This document shows, one piece after another, positions 49,332 through 57,952 of a stretch of 64,000 bases of DNA. A program made the translations under genes and the position numbers. Position 1 is the first letter of the stretch. Each line of letters begins with the position of its first letter. This DNA comes from Gemmatimonadota bacterium (lineage in GTDB: Bacteria > Gemmatimonadota > Gemmatimonadetes > Palauibacterales > Palauibacteraceae), in assembly GCA_963666735.1 (NCBI GenBank), contig OY762926.1:3520001-3584000 (forward strand). Direction: 5' to 3'. Under the pieces are notes generated by a model. The model was not told the origin of the DNA and ran no database searches. It saw only the letters and a list, made by a program, of their open reading frames with translations.

Positions 49332-50503
49332 TCCGGCATCGTCCGTTTCAGGTACTGGTCAAAGAGGGGGACGGTGAAGGCCGTGTCCCCGTGGGCGGGG
49401 CTGTAGATCATGCCTTTCCGGATGAGGTTCGAGCGAGTGGGTGCGACCGTCTGCACCAGGCGGTCGAGGACGCCTGCGATCTCCCCGGAGCGGTGGGGGC
49501 CCGGGCCAAGGTCGGCCATGGCGCGCAGGTAGCGCCTCTCGAACGGGGTCGTACGCTCGAAACGTACGCGGAAGAAGGTGCTGTCGAGCTCGCCGATAGC
49601 GAGGGGCGAAGCCGCCTCCACAACGGATCGCGTCACGGTCGGTCCATCGGCGACCGTCCAGCATGCGCTGCCCCACTCCTGGAGGAAGTATGGGTATCCC
49701 TCCGTCATGCGCAGGATTTCTTTGAGGGCGGCCGGGGAGTAGGTGACGCCGAGGCGGCTCGCCGGCGCCTCGAGCGCCTGCTTGGCCGCGTCGTGGGGGA
49801 GCGGACCGATCCGGGGGAACGAGAACATGCGCTCGGCATAGGATTTCGCGACGCCGATGTGGCCCACGAGTTGGGGCAGGCCGGATCCGATGAGCGCGAC
49901 CGGCAGCTGGCGCTGCGCGACCCGGTGCAGGGCCGTGATCAGGGCGCGGAGCTGCCTTTCTGGCACGTACTGCATCTCGTCGATGAAGAGGATGAGCACC
50001 GTCTTTCGGGCGCGCGCCGCCTCGCCCGCGATTTGAAACAGGGCGGTGAGGTCGGTGTCGAGGTCTCCGCTGTCCGCAACGCCTTCTTCCGCGTCCAGAT
50101 CGACGGAGAAGGTGATGTCCTCATAGCTGACCTTCATCGCGCGGACGAACCCGGCCAGCGACCTCCGCGCCTTCCGGGCCAGATCTCTTGCGGCGGCGCT
50201 TCGGCTGAGCTGCAAGAGGGTGGAGTTCAGCGGTCCCGCGAGCGCTGCGGGGAGGGATCGGTCCTCCGGCGCTTCGATCAACACAGACGCAAAACCGCGG
50301 GCTTCGGCATCGAGGAGGATCCGGTTTAGGAGAACCGTCTTTCCGACGCCTGGCAGACCGACCATGAGAAGACTCTTGGCCGCGAGGCCGCCGCGTAGCC
50401 GGTCGAGCGCGATCTCGGCGTCCTCGATCAGTGCGTCGCGGCCCACGAGTTCAGGTGGCGGCGTGCCTGCTCCAGGTGCGTACGGGTTCGTTCGTCGGTC
50501 CAT
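49316..50503 (-). CDS. AAA ATPase with C-terminal winged helix
   Basis: NPYAPGAG..PPELVGR, GLPGVGKT, LFIDEMQ, GYPYFLQEWG, FTVPLFD; stop codon lies inside the IS IR. Confidence 0.88.
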   Translation of the reverse strand: MDRRTNPYAPGAGTPPPELVGRDALIEDAEIALDRLRGGLAAKSLLMVGLPGVGKTVLLNRILLDAEARGFASVLIEAPEDRSLPAALAGPLNSTLLQLSRSAAARDLARKARRSLAGFVRAMKVSYEDITFSVDLDAEEGVADSGDLDTDLTALFQIAGEAARARKTVLILFIDEMQYVPERQLRALITALHRVAQRQLPVALIGSGLPQLVGHIGVAKSYAERMFSFPRIGPLPHDAAKQALEAPASRLGVTYSPAALKEILRMTEGYPYFLQEWGSACWTVADGPTVTRSVVEAASPLAIGELDSTFFRVRFERTTPFERRYLRAMADLGPGPHRSGEIAGVLDRLVQTVAPTRSNLIRKGMIYSPAHGDTAFTVPLFDQYLKRTMPDVLIR

Positions 50504-50616
50504 TTATGCCAAAGTTACCTTAGTTTATCTCGACAAGCAACGATTATCTTCGATGTTCTTCGATGTTCGTCGTCGCTCGGGGTGTCGAGCGGCACACGGC
50601 GAGCGAGCCGTGCACC

Positions 50617-51882
50617 TCAGCTCGAGGACGTGAGCCTCGCTCGCACCACGTGCTGGACACCGAGCGCGTCGGTGACGATGGCCCAGAACTCATCGCCGCG
50701 GACGATGGTCGGCAGGAAGGGCAGGGCATTGAGCGCCGTAGCGGTCGCCGTCCCGGCATAGGTCCCGTCCGCCGAGAAAACGTCCCAGGTCGCCTCCTCG
50801 CCCGTCAAAGGAATGCGGACCCAGATATCGCCTTCCGCCGAGGTGAAGAGGTTGAGGATGGAGGGCTTGACGTCGGGGATCTTGGACCAGTCGCGGTCGG
50901 TGTCGGCACCCTGCTCCCGGAGGCGTTCCCGGATCCCCTCGATCGCCGCGTCCCGCTCTGCGCGCGAGACGGAGATGTGAGGTTTCCGAGCCTCCACAAT
51001 CAGCGCCGTGTCTCCGGCCAGGTGCCGCCGCGCAATGCGGTAGCCGGCCGGTTCAGTCTCGTGAGCGCCGATCCAGACCGTCCCCTCGCGATCATAGTAC
51101 CGGACGCCTCGGGGATAGTAGGGGACACCCATGAAGCCGGAGCGGCTCCCGTCACGGGACTGCCAGGCGAAACTGGAGGGAGTGGCGTCTTCCCCCTGCT
51201 GTAGGGCCTCCCGGGCCGAGAGCCCCCTGCTTCCCTCGTCGGGCCGGGAGAACGACTCCACGAGTTCCATGTTCAGGTCGTAGACCTCGAAGCCCTGCCG
51301 CGACCGGGTGGGACGCACGATCCGGCCATCCGCCGTCATGGTACCCTGCCAGATGTAGGCGTAGAAGGCGAAGTTGTGGCGGAAGGACTCCACGAACCCG
51401 CTCTCCGGATCGAACACCGACAGTCGGCCGTTGGACGGGTCCGTGACCCAGAGGCGGCCGTCCGGATCGAGCATGAGCCCGTGGGCGCCGCGGAGTTCGC
51501 CGGGGCCTTCTCCCTCACCACCGTAGGTGGCCCGGTGCGAGCCGTCCGCCGCGAACACGCGGACTTCCTGCGCCTGCGAGTCCAGCACCGCGAACACGCC
51601 ATCGGGCAGCACGACCAGCCCCCTCAGTTCGCCGAAGACGTCGGGGCCGTCTCCGTCTGCGGATCCGACCCGAAGCTCTTCGACAAGCGTCCAGGTCGGC
51701 GGCGGATCGTCGGGAAGCGTGTTCGTGACGCGCTCGATGCCCGAGGGCAGCGTGTCTCTGGTCGCGACCGCGCCGACACTCGTTGGTCGCTGTGGATCGC
51801 AGGCGGTCGCGACGAACGTCAGGCCCGCGGTCGCGGCCGACACCAGCGCGTTCCGGATTCTTTTTGTGCTCCGTGCCGCCAA
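50617..51882 (-). CDS. 6-bladed beta-propeller lipoprotein
   Basis: Lipobox ATAC, EELRVG, GGEGEGPGEL, WDVFSADGTY. Confidence 0.85.
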   Translation of the reverse strand: MAARSTKRIRNALVSAATAGLTFVATACDPQRPTSVGAVATRDTLPSGIERVTNTLPDDPPPTWTLVEELRVGSADGDGPDVFGELRGLVVLPDGVFAVLDSQAQEVRVFAADGSHRATYGGEGEGPGELRGAHGLMLDPDGRLWVTDPSNGRLSVFDPESGFVESFRHNFAFYAYIWQGTMTADGRIVRPTRSRQGFEVYDLNMELVESFSRPDEGSRGLSAREALQQGEDATPSSFAWQSRDGSRSGFMGVPYYPRGVRYYDREGTVWIGAHETEPAGYRIARRHLAGDTALIVEARKPHISVSRAERDAAIEGIRERLREQGADTDRDWSKIPDVKPSILNLFTSAEGDIWVRIPLTGEEATWDVFSADGTYAGTATATALNALPFLPTIVRGDEFWAIVTDALGVQHVVRARLTSSS

Positions 51883-51985
51883 TTCCCCGCTCCTCGGTGA
51901 GGGTCTCGGAAAGTAGGACCGACGAGCCGCGTTTTGGTTCCCCGCCGCCCCGGGAAAGGCGTGTCAGGCGCTGGTGACGGGGGTC

Positions 51986-52534
51986 TCAGACGCCGAGGAC
52001 GGGGCCCGCCAGTGCGCGCAGGTCCCGTCGGTGCTGCGGATCAAGTTGGCGGAGATGCTGGCGGAGCTCGAGCGTTGCGTTGATCGCCCCCCGTACATGG
52101 CCGCCGGAAGACCAGGTGGTCCCGTTCATCGCCGCGCTGAGCCAGTCTTTCACATCGGACCAGCGCCAGAACCTGTACCGGCTGCCGGGGTCATTCGCCG
52201 GCGGCGGAAACCCACCCGGTCCGCGGGCGCCGGTCACCCACAGTCGGACACACTCGCGGGACCGCCCGATACGCGCCGCGATCTCGGACATCGAGAGCAG
52301 GTCCAGATCGTCGACCCGAACTACCCGGAGGCCTTCAACCGACTCGGCATGCGCAATCGCGGATAGAATCGCTGCGTCGAGCTTCGGCGCCTCGCGGGAA
52401 AAATCCATGACCTGGATCCCATCCGTGGTGCCAATGGTCGCATCGTCGCAGCCCGCTTCGTAGAGGGCATCGAACACGTCCGGATCGTGGATATCCACTC
52501 CCTCGACGATCAGCGTAAGGCTATGGGTCGTCAT
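51986..52534 (-). CDS. HicB-like antitoxin with HTH (copy 4, orphan)
   Basis: ALYEAGCDDA...DFSREA N-domain, SMSEIAARIGRSRECVRLW HTH, FP.P...WRWSDV; 182 aa. Confidence 0.8.
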   Translation of the reverse strand: MTTHSLTLIVEGVDIHDPDVFDALYEAGCDDATIGTTDGIQVMDFSREAPKLDAAILSAIAHAESVEGLRVVRVDDLDLLSMSEIAARIGRSRECVRLWVTGARGPGGFPPPANDPGSRYRFWRWSDVKDWLSAAMNGTTWSSGGHVRGAINATLELRQHLRQLDPQHRRDLRALAGPVLGV

Positions 52535-52631
52535 TTCTCTGCTTCCTTTCCTCCTCCGTGATGACGACCATGGGCGGAATGTCTGTGTCTCGGCGGGATC
52601 TGGCGAAGGGACGGTGGTCGAAGGCCGGCGG

Positions 52632-52913
52632 TCAACCCCCGAGGACAGGGCCGGTGAGGGCGCGCACGCCGGATCGATCCTTCGGCTGGGCGATGCGTTC
52701 GACCCGAACGCCTTCAACCGTCTCGATATCTCTGACCGCCGAGAAGATTGCCTCGTCGAGGGTCGCGGCCTCGCGGGTAAAGTCCATGTACTGGGTCCCG
52801 TCCTTGCTTCTGAGCAGGGCGTCGTCGCACCCGGCTTCATACAGGGCGTCGAACACGTCATCCTCGTGGATGTCGCGCCCTTCGATGATGAGCGTGAAGT
52901 CATGGTTTGCCAT
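52632..52913 (-). CDS. HicB-like antitoxin lacking the HTH (copy 3)
   Basis: MANHDFTLIIEG...ALYEAGCDDA...DFTREA, then directly RALTGPVLGG; 93 aa. Confidence 0.75.
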   Translation of the reverse strand: MANHDFTLIIEGRDIHEDDVFDALYEAGCDDALLRSKDGTQYMDFTREAATLDEAIFSAVRDIETVEGVRVERIAQPKDRSGVRALTGPVLGG

Positions 52914-52927
52914 TCGAAGGTGTCCCC

Positions 52928-53161
52928 TCACCGTGGGTGATCGCATTTTCTGATTGCTTGCCGGAGATGCTTGGCGAAGTTGCCCGGGTTACGCGGCGTC
53001 GACGCGATGGGAATCCGACACCTCGACGTCCCGGCTGACGGGCAGCGCAACTCGCCCCAGCGATGTCCCGATGCCGTCGGTATCACGGTCCAACCGGCTT
53101 TGCGGGCGATGGCCAGCGCCTTCTCGATGTCCTTCTTCGGATGCCTCCGGAGCCTGATCAT
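52928..53161 (-). CDS. HicA-like toxin (copy 3)
   Basis: HPKKDIEKAL..A..AGW....SGH.WG...CP...C..I.STPRNP. Confidence 0.75.
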   Translation of the reverse strand: MIRLRRHPKKDIEKALAIARKAGWTVIPTASGHRWGELRCPSAGTSRCRIPIASTPRNPGNFAKHLRQAIRKCDHPR

Positions 53162-53251
53162 GCCCCACGGTGTTGTATCGTGTCAACGCGATATCAACGG
53201 GATAGCATGAAGGAGACGGGAAGGCGGGTCAGGCACCGGGGACGGAGTGGG

Positions 53252-53800
53252 TCAGCCGCCGAGGGCGGACCCGGCCAGGGCGCGCAGGTCCGGGCGGTCC
53301 CGCGGATCGAGTTGGCGGAAGTGGTGGCGAAGTTCGAGCGCCGCGTTGATCGCCGCCCGCAGGTGATCCTGGGATGACCACGGTTCGCCTCCGAGGACTC
53401 CCCTCAGCCAGCCCTCCACGTCGGACCAGCGCCAGAACCGGTACCGGTCGTGAGGACTGTTGAGGGGCGCCGGGAATCCGCCCGGTCCCCGCTTTCCGAG
53501 CACCCACAGCCGGACGCACTCGCGCGAGCGCCCGATCCGGGCCGCGATCTCGGACATCGACACGAGATCGAGGTCCGCGATCCGAACCACCCGGAGACCG
53601 TCGACCGATTCGGCATCCGCGATGGCCGAGGAGATCGCTTCGTAAAAGCTCGCTGCCTTGCGGCTGAAGTCCATGACTGGGATTCCGACGGTGGTTCCGA
53701 TCAGCGCGTCGTCGCAGCCGGCTTCGTAGAGGGCGTCGAACACGTCCGGATCGTGTATATCCACTCCCTCGACGACCAGCGTAAAGCTATGGGTTGTCAT
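53252..53800 (-). CDS. HicB-like antitoxin with HTH (copy 2)
   Basis: Paralog of copy 4, 182 aa; ATGA overlap with its toxin. Confidence 0.8.
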   Translation of the reverse strand: MTTHSFTLVVEGVDIHDPDVFDALYEAGCDDALIGTTVGIPVMDFSRKAASFYEAISSAIADAESVDGLRVVRIADLDLVSMSEIAARIGRSRECVRLWVLGKRGPGGFPAPLNSPHDRYRFWRWSDVEGWLRGVLGGEPWSSQDHLRAAINAALELRHHFRQLDPRDRPDLRALAGSALGG

Positions 53801-54048
53801 TTCTTTACGTCCTGTCCTCCTCCGTGAGGGCATCGGCGCACGGTCTCCCGCAGATCTCTGGAATAGTCACCAGGGTTCCGCGGCGTGGAAGCGATGAACT
53901 TCCGGCAGGCGCTCCTTCGGGTCGCCGGGCAGTACATCACGCCCCAGCTATGCCCGGAGGATTTCGGTATGACCGTCCACCCGGCTCTTCGTGCGACGGC
54001 CAGCGCTTTCTCGATGTCCTTCTTCGGATGCCTCGGGAGCCTGATCAT
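53797..54048 (-). CDS. HicA-like toxin (copy 2)
   Basis: Same motifs as copy 3; 83 aa. Confidence 0.75.
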   Translation of the reverse strand: MIRLPRHPKKDIEKALAVARRAGWTVIPKSSGHSWGVMYCPATRRSACRKFIASTPRNPGDYSRDLRETVRRCPHGGGQDVKK

Positions 54049-54138
54049 GCCCCACGGTGTTGTATCGTGTCAACGCGATATCAACGGGATAGCATGAAGG
54101 AGACGGGAAGGCGGGTCAGGCGCCGGGGACGGAGTGGG

Positions 54139-54687
54139 TCAGCCGCCGAGGGCCGAACCGGCGAGGGCGCGCAGGTCCGGGCGGTCCCGCGGATCGAGTT
54201 GGCGGAAGTGGTGGCGCAGTTCGAGCGCCGCGTTGATCGCCGCCCGCAGGTGATCCCGGGATGACCACGGTTCGCCTCCGAGGACTCCTCTCAGCCAGCC
54301 CTCCACGTCGGACCAGCGCCAGAACCGGTACCGGTCGTGAGGACTGTTGAGGGGCGCCGGGAATCCGCCCGGTCCCCGCTTTCCGAGCACCCACAGCCGG
54401 ACGCACTCGCGCGAGCGCCCGATCCGGGCCGCGATCTCGGACATCGACACGAGATCGAGGTCCGCGATCCGAACCACCCGGAGACCGTCAACCGATTCGG
54501 CATCCGCGATGGCGGAGGAGATCGCTTCGCAGAAGCTCGCAGCTTCGCGGTCGAAATCCATGACCGGGATACCGTTCGTGATGCCTATGGCCGCATCATC
54601 GCATCCGGCTTCGTAAAGGGCGTTGAACACCTGCGGATCGTCCATTTCCACGCCCTCGACGATCAGCGTGAAGCTGTGGGTCGTCAT
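54139..54687 (-). CDS. HicB-like antitoxin with HTH (copy 1)
   Basis: Paralog, 182 aa; ATGA overlap with its toxin. Confidence 0.8.
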   Translation of the reverse strand: MTTHSFTLIVEGVEMDDPQVFNALYEAGCDDAAIGITNGIPVMDFDREAASFCEAISSAIADAESVDGLRVVRIADLDLVSMSEIAARIGRSRECVRLWVLGKRGPGGFPAPLNSPHDRYRFWRWSDVEGWLRGVLGGEPWSSRDHLRAAINAALELRHHFRQLDPRDRPDLRALAGSALGG

Positions 54688-54935
54688 TTCTCGACTTCTC
54701 GTCTCTCTCCGTGATGACATCGGCGCACAACCTGTCGGAGTCGCTTGGCATGATCGACGGGGTTCCGCGGCGTGGACCAGATCGGCATCCGGCAGCGGGG
54801 CGGGACGGTCGCCGGGCAGTACATCACGCCCCAGTTGTGCCCGGAGGATTCCGGTATGACCGTCCACCCGGCTTTGCGGGCGACGTCCAGCGCCTTCTCG
54901 ATGTCTTTCTTCGGATGCCTCCGGAGCCTGATCAT
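54684..54935 (-). CDS. HicA-like toxin (copy 1)
   Basis: Same motifs; 83 aa. Confidence 0.75.
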   Translation of the reverse strand: MIRLRRHPKKDIEKALDVARKAGWTVIPESSGHNWGVMYCPATVPPRCRMPIWSTPRNPVDHAKRLRQVVRRCHHGERREVEK

Positions 54936-54966
54936 GCCCCACGGTGTTGCGTCGTGTCAACACCGT
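54931..54966 (-). promoter_or_regulatory. TA promoter/operator (related copies from 54044 and 53157)
   Basis: TTGACA-N18-CATGAT overlapped by the inverted repeat ACGGTGTTG-N8-CAACACCGT. Confidence 0.6.
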
Positions 54967-55042
54967 ATCAACAGGCATTCGCGAGCGAATGGCATGGTCG
55001 TCGAGCGACTGCCCGGCGTCGCGCATCGTCGACTGCTTCGCG

Positions 55043-55507
55043 TCAGCCTTTCTCGTCTCTGCCAAAGCGGCGCGCGAGCCAGCTGTCCAGGCTCAGATGG
55101 TCGTTCTCGAACAGGATGAGGACGATGACGAGCAGCAGCGTGCGCGGGATCACGTGCGCGCTGAAGACATAGAGCGGTTCGGCGAGCAGGTGGCCGAAGG
55201 TGACGAGGATGAGGACGCCGCCCAGCCCCAGCGCGGCGGCCTCGCGCCGCCAGCCCACCAGCATCAGCGCCCCGCAGACCAGTTCCACGAACGGGATCGC
55301 GACCCCGGCGGCCCACAGCGACCAGGCGGGGAGGAACGTGTCGGCGTAGGCCTCCACGAACAGACCCCGCGCGTGCTGGACGGCCCCGAGTTCGAACACC
55401 TTCCAGAACCCGGCCATGAAGAAGATGAGGCCAAGGATGGTCCGCGCCACGAATGCGGCCCAACTCTTCGGTGCGACTACGCCCGGCGGAGTTCGGCCCG
55501 GCGTCAT
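55043..55507 (-). CDS. DoxX-family membrane protein
   Basis: RTILGLIFFMAGFWKV, PFVELVCGALMLVG, LSLDSWL. Confidence 0.88.
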   Translation of the reverse strand: MTPGRTPPGVVAPKSWAAFVARTILGLIFFMAGFWKVFELGAVQHARGLFVEAYADTFLPAWSLWAAGVAIPFVELVCGALMLVGWRREAAALGLGGVLILVTFGHLLAEPLYVFSAHVIPRTLLLVIVLILFENDHLSLDSWLARRFGRDEKG

Positions 55508-57771
55508 CTCGCCTTGTCCGGCGTCTTGCCCGGCGCGGCCGAGACCGCCGCCGCCAGCCGTGCGATGAGGGAGAGGGGCGCTTCATCCCGCTCGCCGGCG
55601 GGCGCGAGCCGCACAAGGGAACGCATGCGGGACACATCCTCGGCGTACTCCGCGAGCCGCCGCTCGTAGCTGGCCCGGTTCTTGGTGCAGATCAGCGTAT
55701 AGGGACGGCCCCGGCGCTCGGTCACATGGTAGAGGTCGAGACCGTGGTCGTCGATCTGGCGGTGCAGGTGGCGGCGCAGATCCTTCCGCAGCGGGAAGCG
55801 CGCCGAGCGGGCGGCGGAGTCTTCGCAGAATGCGCGGAGGTTGGCGCAGTGCTCGCAATCGCACGAAAAGTTCGCCGCGACCGTCCGGTCGCGCGGAGCC
55901 ACCGGCGGCTCGGAACTGCGCGCGAGGAGGGCATCCGCCGCCACCCGCCACAGGTACGCGTAGGCATCCGTGTCGGCCACGCCTTCGCGTTCCCGCATGT
56001 CGGCCAGCGCCGCCGGGAGCACGCGCTCGGGGGCTACCTCCTCCGGATGGCCGGCGATCGCGCGAGCCGCCGTCTCGGCCTCCTCCGCAAGCCCGAAGCG
56101 GTGGGCCAGGATCAACAGATCTCGCACCGCCTCGCGGTCGAACGGCTCGGCGGGCGGCTGGTAGAAATTCGGTGTCGGCCGGGTGTCGGCCGCCCGGGCG
56201 CCAAACGCGGCGGGCAGGCCGAGCAGTACCGCTCTCACGCCGTCCCGCGCCACGTCGCACCACGCCGCCGCCGGAGCGCCGCCCGGCGTCTCGCCGACGA
56301 GAGCGAGGAACGATGGGACCGCCTTCGGACGGAGCGCGAGGTGTTCCCGCACGAGGGCGGACACCACGTCGGCGGCGGCCGCCGGCCCGAGCATGCCCAT
56401 GACGTCGGCCAGGGCTTCGTTCTCGCTGCCGTCGTAGCGCGGGAGAACGACGCGGCGCGCGAAGCGTGCGACGCTCTCGGCGTCGTCCGCCGCTGCGAGG
56501 AAGCGAAGCATTTCCGCCCGTCCGGCGCCATCGCTGTGGCCGCTCGCCACGATGTCCACCGTCTTGGAGCGAGCCCAAACCACGAACGCGGCCAGACGAT
56601 ATGTAAGCGTCAGCGAGGCCCCTTCGTTGCCGGTCGATTCCTCCAGACGCCGCTCATCCGGCTCGGCGTCGTCGAGCGCATCCCGGGGCAGGAGTTCGAG
56701 GTCGTTGAGCGGCACATGCCCGAACGGCGGGCGGCTCCCGTCCCGCGCGCTCCACCCATCGAGCCTCCGCCAGACCTTGCTCACCTCCTCGAATTCCGAA
56801 TCGCTGTGTTCGGCCTCCCACGAGCCGCCCCATCCGCCATCGTGTACGTTCAGCAAGGGCAGGCCGAATTCATCGATGTGGAGAACCGCCGCGTGCAGTT
56901 CGCAGCCCGCCCGGTCCGCGGCGGGTGACAGAACGCGCGCCCGGGTCGCGTCGACCCCCTTCAGCGCCTCGAAGGACAATCCTTCCTCGCTGTATTCGTG
57001 ATCGAGAACCCACACGAGCTTGTCCGTCACCCCCTCCTTCCGCCAAGCCGACAGACTCTCGGCGGCCCGGTCGGCCAGAGCGGCATAGTCGGGCGCCAGC
57101 GGCGGCGACTCGCCCGCGGAGCGGAGACACAGGTTGAAGACGAGCGATATCCGGTACCCGCCGGTCACGGGCCGCACCTCGTGCGGGCAGTCGGCGTAGA
57201 ACGCCGCGAAGGCCACCTCCGATGGTTCCTCCGCGTTCATGTCGAAGACGGTTTCGCGGTTGCCGTGGCGAACGACCAGTTCGCCCCCGGCGCCATGCAC
57301 CGGTAGGGAGACGGACAGCGTCCCGACCATGCCGTCGCTTTTTTCCGTATCGCGGTGCGTCGAAAAGAAGCCTCCGGGCTCGTAGACGAGCAGTTTGTAG
57401 AGTTCGGCGTCGAGGAGGTCGGAAGAGAGACCGAGGCCGCGCGCGACGCGGTCCATGACCTCGTCAAGGGAAACCCGCCATCCCCGGCCGGCAAGGTGGA
57501 TCTTGTCGGCGTCGATCTGCCGGCAGTCGCGGACCGAAGTGTCCACCAGCGTCTTCGGTCCCTTTCCGTACGGCGCGCGGTGCGAGGCGGCGACCAGCGC
57601 CCGTAACTGGGATTCGGGCACGGGAAACGACAGGTCGCCGACGCCCTCCACGGCAAGTACCGGCATCGCCGCGTAAAGCCGCCCGCCGACGCAATAGTCG
57701 CCTGGGCGTTTGATCGAGAGGAGAAACTCCTCCAATCCGCCATCGTTCAAACCGTGTTCGCTGTCGGCCAT
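55504..57771 (-). CDS. Large 2OG-Fe(II) oxygenase with C-terminal CxCxxC domain
   Basis: LYKLLVYEPGGFFSTHRDTEK (HxD), CPHEV, GYRISLVFNL; CDCEHC and GRPYTLICTK; start placed at ATG 57771. Confidence 0.88.
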   Translation of the reverse strand: MADSEHGLNDGGLEEFLLSIKRPGDYCVGGRLYAAMPVLAVEGVGDLSFPVPESQLRALVAASHRAPYGKGPKTLVDTSVRDCRQIDADKIHLAGRGWRVSLDEVMDRVARGLGLSSDLLDAELYKLLVYEPGGFFSTHRDTEKSDGMVGTLSVSLPVHGAGGELVVRHGNRETVFDMNAEEPSEVAFAAFYADCPHEVRPVTGGYRISLVFNLCLRSAGESPPLAPDYAALADRAAESLSAWRKEGVTDKLVWVLDHEYSEEGLSFEALKGVDATRARVLSPAADRAGCELHAAVLHIDEFGLPLLNVHDGGWGGSWEAEHSDSEFEEVSKVWRRLDGWSARDGSRPPFGHVPLNDLELLPRDALDDAEPDERRLEESTGNEGASLTLTYRLAAFVVWARSKTVDIVASGHSDGAGRAEMLRFLAAADDAESVARFARRVVLPRYDGSENEALADVMGMLGPAAAADVVSALVREHLALRPKAVPSFLALVGETPGGAPAAAWCDVARDGVRAVLLGLPAAFGARAADTRPTPNFYQPPAEPFDREAVRDLLILAHRFGLAEEAETAARAIAGHPEEVAPERVLPAALADMREREGVADTDAYAYLWRVAADALLARSSEPPVAPRDRTVAANFSCDCEHCANLRAFCEDSAARSARFPLRKDLRRHLHRQIDDHGLDLYHVTERRGRPYTLICTKNRASYERRLAEYAEDVSRMRSLVRLAPAGERDEAPLSLIARLAAAVSAAPGKTPDKAR

Positions 57772-57890
57772 GCGTCTCCCCTGTCCCAAATCGAAATTCG
57801 AGCGACAAGGATGATGCTGGACGGCGCGCCACGCGACCTGTTCCGCCATCCCGCGCTCGGATTCGACGGCTGAGACCGGCTTCACTCCTC

Positions 57891-57952
57891 TTGCATCCCG
57901 TTTCGAACCGCCTAGATTGGCCGGTCCAATTTTCGGTTTTTCTTCGATTTTT
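57891..57952 (+). promoter_or_regulatory. Putative promoter and SOS-box-like direct repeat for imuB-dnaE2
   Basis: TTGCAT-N16-TAGATT followed by TTCG-gtttttc-TTCG (57932-57946) in an AT-rich patch. Confidence 0.45.

Larger units (their letters stand above)
51961..54975 (-). repeat. Tandem array of HicAB-like TA modules (887-bp period for intact units)
   Basis: Toxin starts at 54935, 54048 and 53161 (exactly 887 apart); near-identical spacers at about 53160-53250 and 54047-54138. Confidence 0.92.

Noticed and set aside
51961..54975. TA array as an integron cassette array or CRISPR
   Set aside because: No attC-like RYYYAAC/GTTRRRY-bounded hairpins or integrase recognised; the repeats are whole paralogous genes, not repeat-spacer units
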